Shown: positions 1 through 10,518, counted from the stretch's first letter. The stretch is 64,000 bases of DNA from Qingrenia yutianensis (GCF_014385105.1 NZ_JACRTE010000003.1:112358-176357), one strand, 5' to 3'. Program-made: numbers and translations. The notes: a model not told the origin generated them from the letters alone.

Positions 1-735
1 CTGCTTTATCTTGAATACGACGGCACGAATTATCACGGCTGGCAAATTCAGCCCGAGGACATAACCGTGCAGAAAACGGTTGAGGACGCGGTATTTAAGA
101 TTTTTAAAGAAAAAATAAGCGTCACGGGTTGCAGCCGAACCGACGCAGGCGTTCACGCGAAAAAATACGCGTTAAGCTTTTTCACCGAGTGCAAAATTCC
201 GGCTGAAAGGGTCGCGGTTGCGCTTAACACTGCACTTCCGTATGACGTGCGCGCGCTGTACTGCACCGAGGTAGGCGAAAACTTTCACGCGCGGTTTGAC
301 ACCGTTTCAAAAACGTATCAATATATCATTAACAACGGAAAATACGATGTTTTTATGCGCAATTACTGCTGGACGGTCAAAAGTGCGCTCGATATAGAAA
401 AAATGCGCAGTTCGGCGAAATATTTTTTGGGAAAACACGATTTCAAATCGTTTATGACGGGGGAAAAAGATGTCACTGTGAGAAACGTTTTTTCGCTTGA
501 CATAACAGAAAACGGCGATTTTATAAATATATTCATATCGGCGGACGGATTTTTATATAATATGGTAAGAATTATCGTCGGCACGCTCAAAAAAATAGGC
601 GAGGGAAAGCTTGACGGCGAAAAAATTCCCGAAATAATTCTTGCACGCGACAGAAGTCTTGCGGGCGAAACCGCCCCTCCGCAGGGACTTTACCTCTATG
701 ATGTGAAATACGAAGTATCGGAGATTTTAAAATGA
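1..735 (+). CDS. truA: tRNA pseudouridine(38-40) synthase TruA, 5'-truncated by window edge (reading frame open from nt 1)
   Basis: Translation from nt 1 'LLYLEYDGTNYHGWQIQPED...RTDAGVHA...' carries the TruA catalytic Asp motif (RTDAGVHA) and the conserved C-terminal region. No start codon lies inside the window. Confidence 0.85.
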   Translation: MLYLEYDGTNYHGWQIQPEDITVQKTVEDAVFKIFKEKISVTGCSRTDAGVHAKKYALSFFTECKIPAERVAVALNTALPYDVRALYCTEVGENFHARFDTVSKTYQYIINNGKYDVFMRNYCWTVKSALDIEKMRSSAKYFLGKHDFKSFMTGEKDVTVRNVFSLDITENGDFINIFISADGFLYNMVRIIVGTLKKIGEGKLDGEKIPEIILARDRSLAGETAPPQGLYLYDVKYEVSEILK

Positions 736-1844
736 ACGAAAAGGGAAAAATCGGAATTAAAATTTTAATGGTAATTTTGATTGTCATTCTTGCATCTGTG
801 CTGGTTTACGTAAACCAAACGCCCGTTTTTTTCACAAAGGCAATCAGGCTTTTCAACAAAAATTACGAATACAAAACCCCTACCGTGGAGCTTGGAAGCA
901 CCGAGGGAACCTTTGTTACGGCTCTTTCCGACGCGCGTGCGGTTATCGGCACAAAAGAGGGAATTAACGTTTATTCCCATTCGCTAAAAAGCGAAAAAAG
1001 CGCGGGTTTTTCGGGCGAAAATCCCGTTATTAAGCACAACGGCGACAAAATTCTGGTGTTTCACAAAGGCTCGGAAAAAGCGTTTTTTATGAACGGCAAA
1101 AAAAATATTCCCATAACCGCAAGCGGAAATATTTTAACGGGCGCGGTGAACGAAAACGGATATTTTGCGCTTCTCACCGAGGAAAAGGGCTTTAAGGCGG
1201 AAATTGTTGTGTACGACAAAAACGGCGAGGAGTTTTACAAGTGGCACAGCGCCGAGAATTTTGTGACCGACATAACACTTTCGCCGTCAAATACAGCATT
1301 TGCGGCGTCGGCGCTCGACTATTCGGACGGCGCGTTAAAAAGCAAACTTCTTATTTTTGACACGACGCAAGAGGAACCGAAAATCACTGACGCAAACGAA
1401 AATTTCACACAGATTGAGTTTATCGGACGTTCAAAAATCGCGGTTGTTTCGAACAACGCGGTGTCGGTTTATTCGACGGGCGGAAACAGGCTTTGGCAAC
1501 ATTCTTTCGGAAGCAAAACGGTTTTTGCATATAAAATCAAGGACGGAAAAATTGCCGCGGCGGCAGGCGACAGCAACCTCGGCACCGAAACGCTGGACGT
1601 TTTGATGTTCAACGACGGCGGAAAAGCGGTTGTAAATTTCAAAAACAAGGGCGAGGCGGTGTGCCTCGACATCTTGGGAAACGACGTTCTCATTGCAGGC
1701 AAAAGGTATATGCGCGTCGCTGGCAACAAGGAAAAATCGTATATTAAAACGGGAAAAGACATTGTTTCGGCACAGTTTTTCGGCAACAACAAAACCGCGC
1801 TCGTACATTCGGGCGCGCTGGTTCAGCTTGAATATTTTGATTAG
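732..1844 (+). CDS. hypothetical bitopic membrane protein (N-terminal TM helix, large beta-rich extracytoplasmic domain; DUF5711-like)
   Basis: Hydrophobic segment IGIKILMVILIVILASVLVYV near the N-terminus, then a Gly/Asn-rich beta-strand pattern of about 330 aa. Its ATGA start overlaps the truA stop. Confidence 0.5.
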   Translation: MNEKGKIGIKILMVILIVILASVLVYVNQTPVFFTKAIRLFNKNYEYKTPTVELGSTEGTFVTALSDARAVIGTKEGINVYSHSLKSEKSAGFSGENPVIKHNGDKILVFHKGSEKAFFMNGKKNIPITASGNILTGAVNENGYFALLTEEKGFKAEIVVYDKNGEEFYKWHSAENFVTDITLSPSNTAFAASALDYSDGALKSKLLIFDTTQEEPKITDANENFTQIEFIGRSKIAVVSNNAVSVYSTGGNRLWQHSFGSKTVFAYKIKDGKIAAAAGDSNLGTETLDVLMFNDGGKAVVNFKNKGEAVCLDILGNDVLIAGKRYMRVAGNKEKSYIKTGKDIVSAQFFGNNKTALVHSGALVQLEYFD

Positions 1845-1862
1845 CCGGCAGGAGGGCGGATT

Positions 1863-2492
1863 ATGGCGGATATTGTAATTATCGTTTTTATCGCGGTGTT
1901 TCTGATGATTGGCTATAAAAAAGGACTGGTCATCACACTGCTTAATATGTGCTCGTATCTCGTTTCGTCGCTCGCGGTGTTTATATTTTTTAAACCCGTG
2001 CATACATATCTTTGCGAAAGCGAGGTCGGCAAAAGCGTTGCTAAAACGGTGAGCGAAAAAATCGCGGAGCGTTTTTCGGGAGTGAGTGTTTTAAACCTTC
2101 CTTTGCCGTTGATTTTAAAAAGCGGAACGCGCGAGGGCGAGGTTATCGCGCAGAGCAGTGCGGCGGAAATCATCGCGCAAAACGTGACAAACGCGCTGCT
2201 TTTGGTGGTTACGTTCGTTTTGCTTTATTTTGTGATAAAACTTGTTATAAAATTTGTGCGCGCACCGCTTTCGGCGGTAACGTCGCTGCCGATATTAAAA
2301 CAGGCAAACAAGCTCGGCGGTGCGGTTGTCGGCGCGGCAATGGGATTTTTGTGGCTGTACGTTTTAACTGCGCTGATTGCAGCATTTTCGTTTGCCGATG
2401 CGGTTGCACCGATTGCGGGCGCGGTTTCAAATTCACAGATTATGGGATTTTTGTATGAAAACAATTTTCTTTTAAACTTTATAAAAATATAA
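1863..2492 (+). CDS. CvpA family membrane protein
   Basis: Four hydrophobic helices; N-terminus MADIVIIVFIAVFLMIGYKKGLV is typical of the CvpA/colicin V production protein family. Confidence 0.65.
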   Translation: MADIVIIVFIAVFLMIGYKKGLVITLLNMCSYLVSSLAVFIFFKPVHTYLCESEVGKSVAKTVSEKIAERFSGVSVLNLPLPLILKSGTREGEVIAQSSAAEIIAQNVTNALLLVVTFVLLYFVIKLVIKFVRAPLSAVTSLPILKQANKLGGAVVGAAMGFLWLYVLTALIAAFSFADAVAPIAGAVSNSQIMGFLYENNFLLNFIKI

Positions 2493-2498
2493 AAAATA

Positions 2499-2555
2499 CG
2501 GCAGTGGTATTTGAATTTGAATTTTCAAAAATTTCAAATAATACTGCCGTTTTTT
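2499..2555 (+). terminator. Rho-independent terminator after cvpA-like gene
   Basis: Stem cggcagt (2499–2505) pairs with actgccg (2543–2549), with extended imperfect pairing inside, followed by tttttt at 2550–2555. Confidence 0.5.
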
Positions 2556-2713
2556 GAAATAAAGAGTACACCGCTTTTAATTCTCCTCTTTTCCGCATTT
2601 GTCAGCGCGTGTTTGAAAGCATCTGTCATATTTTTTGTAATGCAGGTATTTGCATATTTTCACTTCCTTTAATTTTTAAACTTACACTTTTATTTTAACA
2701 CAATTTTTAATGG

Positions 2714-2742
2714 TTGACAGTGATAAAAATTTGGTGTATGAT
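2714..2742 (+). promoter_or_regulatory. sigma-A type promoter: TTGACA –17 nt– TATGAT
   Basis: TTGACA at 2714–2719 and TATGAT at 2737–2742 with an exact 17-nt spacer. The true start codon is about 28 nt downstream at 2770 with a GGAGG ribosome-binding site. The promoter lies inside the 5' extension of the automatically called ORF 2710..3585. Confidence 0.6.
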
Positions 2743-2769
2743 GAAAAAAACGGAATTTTGGAGGAAAAT

Positions 2770-3585
2770 ATGAATATAAATGACATTTTAGCACTCGGCG
2801 AAAATGAAAAACCGCTCGATAATCTTGTTACCGACGGCGGTTTCTGCTCGATTTTCAGAACAATCTGCTGTGTGGGCGACTCGCTTTCGAGCGGAGAATT
2901 TGAGGGCACAAACGACGAGGGAAACAAAACTTATCACGATTTTTACGAATATTCTTGGGGACAGTTTATAGCACGTGCGGCAGGGTGCAAGGTATATAAT
3001 TTTTCAAGAGGCGGTATGACGGCTAAATGGTATTGTGAAACCTTTGCGGACGAAAACGGCTTGTGGGACAAAAACAAGGCAGGTCAAGCTTACATAATAG
3101 CGCTCGGCGTTAACGATTTGAATTTGACGGCGAACAAAACAATCGGCACAACCGACGATGTTTGCCTTGACGACTACACCAAAAATGCCGACACCGTCAC
3201 GGGCTGGTATGCGAGGGTTATTCAGCGTTACAAAATCATTTCGCCCGATGCGAAATTCTTTTTCGTGACGCTCCCGAGAAACGACAAAACCGATGAAAAT
3301 TCGGTGAAAGTAAGGGCGCGATTTACCGAGTTTAACAAGATTTTAAGAGAATTTACTAAAATTTTTGACAATTCGTATGTTATAGATTTGGAAAAATATT
3401 TTCCCGTTATGGACGACGATTACAGAAAGAGATTTTACCTCGGCGGACATCTTAATCCGATGGGATATATTCTCACCGCGAAGGTGATTTCGTCGTATAT
3501 CGACTATATTGTGCGTCACAATTATGCCGATTTCAAACAGGTCGGATTTATAGGAACACCGTATAAAAACACGGTTGACAAATAA
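2770..3585 (+). CDS. SGNH/GDSL family hydrolase (lipase/esterase-like)
   Basis: GDSL block 'CCVGDSLSSGEF' near the N-terminus and a later 'GGH' region. Start moved to ATG 2770, in frame with the called 2710 ORF, because 2710–2742 is the promoter. Confidence 0.7.
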   Translation: MNINDILALGENEKPLDNLVTDGGFCSIFRTICCVGDSLSSGEFEGTNDEGNKTYHDFYEYSWGQFIARAAGCKVYNFSRGGMTAKWYCETFADENGLWDKNKAGQAYIIALGVNDLNLTANKTIGTTDDVCLDDYTKNADTVTGWYARVIQRYKIISPDAKFFFVTLPRNDKTDENSVKVRARFTEFNKILREFTKIFDNSYVIDLEKYFPVMDDDYRKRFYLGGHLNPMGYILTAKVISSYIDYIVRHNYADFKQVGFIGTPYKNTVDK

Positions 3586-3619
3586 AAAAATCAGGGAGGA
3601 TTTCTCCCTGATTTTTTTT
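3584..3619. terminator. bidirectional Rho-independent terminator between convergent genes
   Basis: aaaaaaa + tcagggag / ctccctga hairpin + tttttttt. An A-run on one side and a T-run on the other serve both the GDSL gene (+) and the AEC transporter (-). Confidence 0.7.
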
Positions 3620-3620
3620 G

Positions 3621-4547
3621 TTATATCATAGCCAAAATCATAAACGCAGCCGGCGTAATTATCAGCGCGGCGACGTTTGATATAAGCGCAATGCACGCGC
3701 CGAGGGTGGAATTAAGCCCTTTCGACGCAGGCACAACGATGCTGTTCAATCCTGCCGGCATTGCCATCATTCCCGCCGATATTATAATCACCGTTTTGTC
3801 AAAGCCCAAAAGATAAAGCGCGAGCGCCGTGCAGAAAGGTATAAACACCATTCTCACAAACAGAGTGAGATAAACTCTCACGTTTGTGAACGCTTTTTTG
3901 AGCGGAAGAGACGACAAAACGTAGCCTGCCAAAATCATAGACATAGGCGCCATACAGTTTTGCGCGTTCTGCACCGCCGTTGACATAACTTTGGGCAGTT
4001 TTATGCCGAATATTCCGAACACAATTCCCACCGCCGTTGCAACGATGGGCGGATTTAAAAGTGATTTGAACGAAAGCTTTGTTTTTGTCGGATCGAGAAT
4101 GTAAAATCCCAGAACGTAGCACACAATGTTGCCGACAAGCATAAACATCATCGCATAGTAGAGCCATTCCTCACCGTAAAGCGCCAAAATGAGCGGATAG
4201 CCGAAATATGTATAATTCGGAAACATCACCGTGTATGCGTATACTCCGCGCTCGAATTTGTCTTTTGTCATAAGCTTTGCCCACAAAAAGCCGAGCGCGA
4301 TTTCAAATATCATCACAAATGCGCCGATTATCACAAAATTTATGTTCTTAAAAAGCGACGTTATGTTAAACTGTGTTGCAAACGTGTTAAAGCACATTGC
4401 AGGCAGAAAAACCCAAACCAAAAGATTTGAAATCACACCGCCGGCACTGTCGTTTAAAAGCTTTCCCTTTTTCGCAAAATAGCCGATTAAAAGGAATATA
4501 AACATCATTAAAACTTGATTTAGAGTTATTCCGAAGGTTTGCGCCAT
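3621..4547 (-). CDS. AEC (auxin efflux carrier / malate permease-like) family transporter
   Basis: About 10 TM helices across 308 aa, with N- and C-terminal halves typical of the AEC family. Confidence 0.7.
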   Translation of the reverse strand: MAQTFGITLNQVLMMFIFLLIGYFAKKGKLLNDSAGGVISNLLVWVFLPAMCFNTFATQFNITSLFKNINFVIIGAFVMIFEIALGFLWAKLMTKDKFERGVYAYTVMFPNYTYFGYPLILALYGEEWLYYAMMFMLVGNIVCYVLGFYILDPTKTKLSFKSLLNPPIVATAVGIVFGIFGIKLPKVMSTAVQNAQNCMAPMSMILAGYVLSSLPLKKAFTNVRVYLTLFVRMVFIPFCTALALYLLGFDKTVIIISAGMMAMPAGLNSIVVPASKGLNSTLGACIALISNVAALIITPAAFMILAMI

Positions 4548-4566
4548 TATATTTCCCTTTCAAAAA

Positions 4567-5460
4567 TCAGTCGTGAAATTCGTCTGCGGTAATCATTGTT
4601 CCGATACCTTTTTTTGTAAATATTTCCAGTAAAATTGAGTGGAGAATACGTCCGTCAATGATATGAACCCTTTTAACGCCGTGCGAAACGGCATCTTTAC
4701 AGCTTAAAATTTTGGGAATCATACCGCCCGAAATTACGCCTTTTTCAATATATCCGTCCACCTCGTCGGTAGGAATAACGGGCATAACCTCGCCCTCTTT
4801 GTCTTTTACACCGTCAACGTCGGTGAGATAGATAAGCTTTTCCGCCTTAAGCGCCTTTGCAACCTCCGCCGCAACGGTGTCGGCGTTGATGTTGTAGCTC
4901 TGACCGTTTCCGTCAACTCCGACGGGCGCGATAACGGGAATATATTCGTCGTCGGTGAGAAGTTTTATCACCTTTGTGTTGATTTTTTCAACCTCGCCCA
5001 CAAAGCCGATGTCCTCTTTTTTACCGTCAACATAGGTGTAGAGCTTTTTGCACTCAATAAGTTTTCCGTCAAGACCGCAAAGACCTATCGCCTTACCGCC
5101 TTTTGCGTTCAAAAGCGACACAATTTCTTTGTTGGTTTTGCCCACAAGCACCATCTGCGCAATGTGCATTGTGTCCTCGTCGGTCACGCGCAGACCGTTT
5201 ATAAATTTGCTCTCAACGTGATACGTTTTGAGCGCGTTTGAAATGTCGGGACCGCCGCCGTGAACGAGCACGGGGTTTAAGCCGACGAATTTCAAAAGCA
5301 CAACGTCCTCGATTACGCTTTTTTTCAGCTCGTCGTTTATCATAGCGTTTCCGCCGTATTTTATAACGATTGTTTTTTTGTAGAGTTTTTGAATGTAGGG
5401 AAGCGCCTCAACCAGTATGCCTGCTTTTTTTATAAGACCTTCGGTGTAAGAATCCATCAT
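4567..5460 (-). CDS. argB: acetylglutamate kinase
   Basis: 'VIKYGGNAM' nucleotide-binding motif and 'VHGGGP' motif. Start set at ATG 5460, which forms an ATGA overlap with the argC stop. Confidence 0.9.
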   Translation of the reverse strand: MMDSYTEGLIKKAGILVEALPYIQKLYKKTIVIKYGGNAMINDELKKSVIEDVVLLKFVGLNPVLVHGGGPDISNALKTYHVESKFINGLRVTDEDTMHIAQMVLVGKTNKEIVSLLNAKGGKAIGLCGLDGKLIECKKLYTYVDGKKEDIGFVGEVEKINTKVIKLLTDDEYIPVIAPVGVDGNGQSYNINADTVAAEVAKALKAEKLIYLTDVDGVKDKEGEVMPVIPTDEVDGYIEKGVISGGMIPKILSCKDAVSHGVKRVHIIDGRILHSILLEIFTKKGIGTMITADEFHD

Positions 5461-6494
5461 AAATAAAAACCTCCGTTCGCAATACCGCATTTTTCGTCAA
5501 GACCGAACATAATGTTCATATTCTGCACCGCCTGACCTGCCGCGCCCTTGAAAAGATTGTCAATCGCACTTGACACAACAACCCTTTTGAGCCTTTTGTC
5601 AACCTTAAAGCCGATGTCGATAAAATTGCTTCCGGCAACGTGATTTGTTTCGGGCAGAGCGTCTTTTAAAACGCGCACAAAATATTCGCCCTTGTAGAAG
5701 TCGGCAAAAATTTTGTATATGTCGTCATCGGTATAATCGCCGTTCAAATTTGCATAACTTGTGGCGAGTATTCCGCGTTTTAACGGCACAAGGTGAGGGG
5801 TGAACGACACCAAAATCTCCTCGCCGGCAATGAGCGAAAGTTCCTGTTCGATTTCCGACGTGTGGCGGTGCGTTGCAATTTTGTACGCGCGCATATTTTC
5901 GGTACATTCGCAAAAGCTGTAGTCAAGATTTGTGGTTCTGCCGGCGCCCGTAACACCCGATTTTGCGTCGATTATGATGTTTTTCGTGTCAACGGCTTTT
6001 GCGTTTAAAAGCGGTGCGAGCGCCATAATCGAGCAGGTGGTGTAACAGCCGGGATTGCCGATAATATCGGCATTTTTAATTTCCGAGCGGTGCAGTTCGC
6101 ACAGTCCGTAAACCGATTTTTTCAAAAGCTTTGGACAGTCGTGCGGTGCGCCGTACCATTTTTCGTAAACTTTTTCGTCGTTATAGCGAAAATCTCCGCT
6201 CAAATCAATGATTTTCACACCGGCGTCATACAGCGAAGGGATAACCTCTTTGGACGCGCCGTGCGGAAGCGCGGTGAAAACAACGTCGCATTTTTCCTTG
6301 ATTTGCGCAATATCGACTTCACTCAAAACAATATCGCAAACGCCTTTTAAATTTGGGTAAACGTCCGAAATTTTTTTGCCCGCATATGTCTTTGACGCCG
6401 CAAATGTAATTTCCGCCGTAGGGTGGTTTGAAAGTATGCGCACCGTTTCAATTCCCGCATAACCCGTTGCGCCCAAAACTCCTGCTCTTATCAT
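5457..6494 (-). CDS. argC: N-acetyl-gamma-glutamyl-phosphate reductase
   Basis: N-terminal '[21 protein letters not shown]' Rossmann fold and catalytic-Cys region 'GCYTT'. Confidence 0.9.
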   Translation of the reverse strand: MIRAGVLGATGYAGIETVRILSNHPTAEITFAASKTYAGKKISDVYPNLKGVCDIVLSEVDIAQIKEKCDVVFTALPHGASKEVIPSLYDAGVKIIDLSGDFRYNDEKVYEKWYGAPHDCPKLLKKSVYGLCELHRSEIKNADIIGNPGCYTTCSIMALAPLLNAKAVDTKNIIIDAKSGVTGAGRTTNLDYSFCECTENMRAYKIATHRHTSEIEQELSLIAGEEILVSFTPHLVPLKRGILATSYANLNGDYTDDDIYKIFADFYKGEYFVRVLKDALPETNHVAGSNFIDIGFKVDKRLKRVVVSSAIDNLFKGAAGQAVQNMNIMFGLDEKCGIANGGFYL

Positions 6495-6774
6495 AATTTT
6501 CGCCTTCTTTTTAATATTTTTTAAAAAATGTGAAAATAATTTTCATTTTAATACATTGTTGTTAGTCTATTATCCCACATCTTACCGCAAAAATCAACAC
6601 ATCAGCGCCTTATTTATGCAATATGCACACATAGGTGTGTGTCAAAGTTGTTTTTATGGTTATTTTGTATTTTTATGCAATGTTATGCGCATAAAAATAC
6701 ATTTTTGTATATGCGTTTTTTCGACCTTTTTATTGTTTGCACTGTGATAAAATATCGGTATGGGAGGGCGGTTT

Positions 6775-7692
6775 ATGACAGTTTACATAGATGTTTTGTT
6801 TGTGATAAATTTTGTTGTAAATTATGTGCTTTTGCTTATAACGGGCAAAATTATGCGGCGCGAAAAATCGTACATACGGCTTGTTTCGGCGGCAATTATC
6901 GGCGCGCTCTACGCGTGTTTTATGTTTTTTCCGCAGATAAAATTTTTGTACGGGTGCGCGTTTAAAATAATCGCCTCGTTTTTGCTGATACTCATTGCAT
7001 ACGGCGCAAAAAACGCGGTGCTGACAGTGAAAACCGCGTTTGTGTTTTATCTTTCGTCGTTTCTGTTCGGCGGTGTCACGCTCGCGCTTTTCTATTTCAC
7101 CGACGCAGGGTTAAAGTACGGCGGAGCGCTTAACAACGGCATTTTTTACTTTGAACTGCCGTGGAAAATTTTGTTTTTCTCCTGTCTTGTTGCGTACATC
7201 GCGGTGAAAACGGGATTTGCGATATACAAGCGCGACAAAAACCTGTCGTATCGGCGCATAAGGGTGGAAATCTGCCGAAACAGCGCGGAACTGAACGCGC
7301 TGGTGGACACGGGAAATTTGCTTATCGACCCGATAACAAATTCTCCCGTGGTGGTTGCCGAGCTTGAGAGCGTAAAAAAACTTTTGCCCGGCGCGCTTAT
7401 CGAAGTTTTCCGCGAAAAAAAGGAAAACGACCTTGAAACGGTGTCGGAGGCGGTTAAAAACACCGATTTTGAAAGGCGCATACGGATGATACCGTTTACC
7501 TCGCTCGGCGCAGAAAACGGCATAATGCTGGGGTTTAAGCCCGACAGTATCACCGTGGGAAAAAGCGTTGTTTCAAACGTCTGCATAGGAATTTGCGCAA
7601 GACCGCTTTCAAACGGTCATTCGTACAACGCGCTGATAAGCCCCGAAGCTTTGCATATTCCGTCGGCAAACCAAAACAGTTTTAATTTTTAA
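6775..7692 (+). CDS. spoIIGA: sigma-E processing aspartic peptidase SpoIIGA
   Basis: N-terminal TM bundle 'VYIDVLFVINFVVNYVLLL' and the C-terminal 'LVDTGN' aspartic protease motif. GGGAGGG lies 6 nt upstream of ATG 6775. Confidence 0.85.
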   Translation: MTVYIDVLFVINFVVNYVLLLITGKIMRREKSYIRLVSAAIIGALYACFMFFPQIKFLYGCAFKIIASFLLILIAYGAKNAVLTVKTAFVFYLSSFLFGGVTLALFYFTDAGLKYGGALNNGIFYFELPWKILFFSCLVAYIAVKTGFAIYKRDKNLSYRRIRVEICRNSAELNALVDTGNLLIDPITNSPVVVAELESVKKLLPGALIEVFREKKENDLETVSEAVKNTDFERRIRMIPFTSLGAENGIMLGFKPDSITVGKSVVSNVCIGICARPLSNGHSYNALISPEALHIPSANQNSFNF

Positions 7693-7717
7693 AACACTTG
7701 AAACGGAGGATTTTTAG

Positions 7718-8416
7718 GTGAAAATTAGAGAAATTTTTTCATACATACTGCGCCTTTTAAGACGCGGAGAAGTGCATTATATCGGCGGTTCGCTCACTTT
7801 GCCGCCGCCTCTTTCAAAAGAGGAGGAGGAAAAATACATAGCACGTCTTGACGAAAACAACAAGGACGTGAAAAATATTTTAATCGAGCACAATCTGCGC
7901 CTTGTTGTGTATATCGCAAAAAAATTCGAGAACACAAACGTCGGCGCGGAGGACTTAATTTCAATCGGCACAATCGGGCTTATCAAGGCGATAAACACGT
8001 TTAAACCCGACAAAAAAATCAAGCTTGCAACCTATGCGTCGCGGTGTATTGAAAACGAAATTCTGATGTATCTGCGCAAAAACAGCAACCGCAAGGTTGA
8101 AATTTCAATCGACGAACCGCTTAACGTTGACTGGGACGGCAACGAACTGCTTTTGTCCGATATTCTCGGCACCGACGCAGACGTGGTGTGCCAGAACATT
8201 GAAAACGAGGTGGACAAAGAGCTTTTGCTCATTGCGCTCGACAAGCTTTCACCGCGCGAAAAACGCATAATGGAACTCCGTTTCGGCGTGCGCGGTGCGG
8301 CGGCAAAGACACAGAAAGAGGTTGCAAATATGCTCGGAATTTCGCAGTCGTACATTTCGCGCCTTGAAAAACGCATAATCGTTCGGCTGAAAAAAGAGAT
8401 TACAAAAATGATATAG
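7718..8416 (+). CDS. sigE: sporulation sigma factor sigma-E (pro-sigma-E)
   Basis: GTG start after GGAGGA. The pro-sequence is followed by '[17 protein letters not shown]', the hallmark of pro-sigma-E. Sigma-70 regions 2–4 are present. Confidence 0.9.
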   Translation: MKIREIFSYILRLLRRGEVHYIGGSLTLPPPLSKEEEEKYIARLDENNKDVKNILIEHNLRLVVYIAKKFENTNVGAEDLISIGTIGLIKAINTFKPDKKIKLATYASRCIENEILMYLRKNSNRKVEISIDEPLNVDWDGNELLLSDILGTDADVVCQNIENEVDKELLLIALDKLSPREKRIMELRFGVRGAAAKTQKEVANMLGISQSYISRLEKRIIVRLKKEITKMI

Positions 8417-8430
8417 GAAAATATTGTGCG

Positions 8431-8460
8431 TTGCCCGATATGCGCAAAATCTGATATAAT
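8431..8460 (+). promoter_or_regulatory. candidate sigma-A promoter (TTGCCC –18– TGaTATAAT) upstream of SLH-GH18 gene, bracketed by a 9-bp inverted repeat
   Basis: The -35-like TTGCCC at 8431–8436 and the extended -10 TGATATAAT at 8452–8460 lie between the arms of an inverted repeat, CCCGATATG (8434–8442) and CATATCGGG (8477–8485). Confidence 0.4.
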
Positions 8461-8494
8461 TTGAGATATACAAAAACATATCGGGGGTTCACAT

Positions 8495-10423
8495 ATGAAA
8501 AAATTCTTGGCTTTAATCTGTGCGCTTGCACTTTGTATGTCTGCATTTTCGGCGGGCGCGGAGGGGTTTACATCTCTTTCTTATCTTTCGGACACCGACG
8601 GTCACTGGGCGGAAAAATACATTGACGAGCTGTTTGATATGGGCATTATGGCAGGTGACAACGGCAATTCGCGCGCCGAGGAAAACATAACGCGCGGTGA
8701 ATTTTGCGCGCTGATAACCCGTGCGCTTTACGACGTTGATTTATTTGACGGTACGGTGGATTTTCCCGACGTTAAAAAGAACGATATTTTTTACAAAAAC
8801 ATCGGAATTGCGGTGCAAAACGGCATTATAAAGGGTGACGAACGGGGATATTTTAACGGTGACAAAAATATCACTCGCGAAGAAATCGTCATAATAACTG
8901 CGCGTGTGCTTGCCGACAAGGACGCTTACAAAAAGACGGATTTTAAGGATATTTCGTCAAAATATCTCTATCTTGACGAGCTTGAAAAGGTGTACGGGCT
9001 CGGAATAATTTCGGGCGACGAAAACAAAAATTTCAATCCGCAGGGCTTTGCTTTGCGCTCGGAGTGTGCAAAAATGATTTATTTGACAAAAGGAAACCAC
9101 GGAAAAGCCGACCCTGTGACGAGCGTTTTAAAGTCGGCGGAAAACTACGTTGTCACGGGCAACGGCATAGATACAAGCGGTGCGGAAAGCACGGAAAATG
9201 TTTACAGAGATGAGGCTGCGGACTACGCGTACTCGCTCGGCTTTACCGCGGACAGAACGGTTGAAAATGTTAAAATTTCTGACTATGAAGTGAAAAATTC
9301 CACCGCATACGCAAAGTTTTCGTATGATATAAGTTTTGATGCAAAATACAGTGACGGGAGCGGAAAAATGCGCGTATACACGGGCGAAACGACCGTGAAA
9401 ATGATGAGAAAAAACGGTAAATGGACGGTTTATAAAACCGAAGAAAGCTTGAAATTAAAGGAAAAAATCAACCTTACGTGGGAGGTGCTCGGCGGTGTTC
9501 CGTCGTATGCGCCCGACGGTGTGAACGTCGTGTCGCCGACGTGGTACGAAATTATTTCGGACAACAGTTACAAAAATTCCGAAACCGTTTATCAGGATAA
9601 GCAAACGACGCTGAAAATCACCGACAAATCGAGCGCACAGTATCTTGATTATGCGCAGAAAAACGGCTATGACGTGTGGATTGCGTACCGAAACAATTTT
9701 AATTCATCCGACACCGCAAAATTTCTAAACAGCGGCAGCGCGAAAAATTCGGCGGTTAGGTTTTTGATTAAAGGTCTTGCGGAAACAAAGGCGGACGGCA
9801 TTAACATTGATTTTGAAAATATGAGAGACAAATACGCGTTTGCAAACCACGTCCGCGCCGTGTCGCTTGCACTGCGCAGACTCGGACTTGTGACGAGCGT
9901 TGATATTAACAAATACGACAAAACGGGCGGAAACTGGTCGCTGTGCTACGACCGCGATAAACTCGGTGTTTATGCCGATTACACGGCAATTATGGCGTAC
10001 GACCAAAACGGGAACTGGAGCAAAACGAGCGGACCCGTTGCAGGGCTTGACTGGGCGGAAGATGTCGTGAAAACCACGCTTAATGAGGTCGGTGCGGATA
10101 AGCTGATTTTGGGTGTGCCGTTTTATGTCCGCATTTGGCAGGAAAAGAACGGCAAGGTTGTGAAATCAAGTGCCGTGTCGATGGATTACGCGAAAAAAAC
10201 CGCGTCGGAAAACGGCGCAAACGTGCGCTATGACGCGAAAATAGGGCAGAATATTTACACTTGGCCGGACGGAGAATATGACTATAAAATTTATATGGAG
10301 GACGAAACGTCGATAAAAAATAAAATTTCGCTTGTCGGAAAATATTCGCTTGCAGGTGTTGCGTCTTGGCGCAGAGGCTTTGAAAGCGCGGATATTTGGC
10401 AAGTGATAAAAGAAGGAATTTAA
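8495..10423 (+). CDS. secreted SLH-domain glycoside hydrolase family 18 protein (chitinase/cortex-lytic-like)
   Basis: Signal peptide; N-terminal SLH-like repeats ('HWAEKYIDELFDMGIMAGDNGN', 'FPDVKKNDIFYKNIGIAVQNGIIKG'); GH18 catalytic block 'DGINIDFE' (DxxDxDxE). Confidence 0.75.
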   Translation: MKKFLALICALALCMSAFSAGAEGFTSLSYLSDTDGHWAEKYIDELFDMGIMAGDNGNSRAEENITRGEFCALITRALYDVDLFDGTVDFPDVKKNDIFYKNIGIAVQNGIIKGDERGYFNGDKNITREEIVIITARVLADKDAYKKTDFKDISSKYLYLDELEKVYGLGIISGDENKNFNPQGFALRSECAKMIYLTKGNHGKADPVTSVLKSAENYVVTGNGIDTSGAESTENVYRDEAADYAYSLGFTADRTVENVKISDYEVKNSTAYAKFSYDISFDAKYSDGSGKMRVYTGETTVKMMRKNGKWTVYKTEESLKLKEKINLTWEVLGGVPSYAPDGVNVVSPTWYEIISDNSYKNSETVYQDKQTTLKITDKSSAQYLDYAQKNGYDVWIAYRNNFNSSDTAKFLNSGSAKNSAVRFLIKGLAETKADGINIDFENMRDKYAFANHVRAVSLALRRLGLVTSVDINKYDKTGGNWSLCYDRDKLGVYADYTAIMAYDQNGNWSKTSGPVAGLDWAEDVVKTTLNEVGADKLILGVPFYVRIWQEKNGKVVKSSAVSMDYAKKTASENGANVRYDAKIGQNIYTWPDGEYDYKIYMEDETSIKNKISLVGKYSLAGVASWRRGFESADIWQVIKEGI

Positions 10424-10518
10424 TTCAAGAGAATAACGACGACCTATTGTTGATATGATATGATTGTCATAAGGGTCAAGGGCGGAGCATTGCTCCCAAA
10501 AGGAGTTTGTATACTTTG

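Noticed and set aside
1431-2003. 190-aa minus-strand ORF spanning the junction of two plus-strand genes
   Set aside because: It overlaps two well-supported plus-strand genes (the membrane protein and cvpA-like) and has no ribosome-binding site. It is spurious.
6640-6730. Spo0A-box-like heptamers (TGTCAAA ~6645, TTTCGAC ~6718) upstream of spoIIGA
   Set aside because: They are 6/7 matches only, and the spacing to a -10 element could not be made to fit the known spoIIG promoter geometry by eye. They are too weak to call without a PWM scan.
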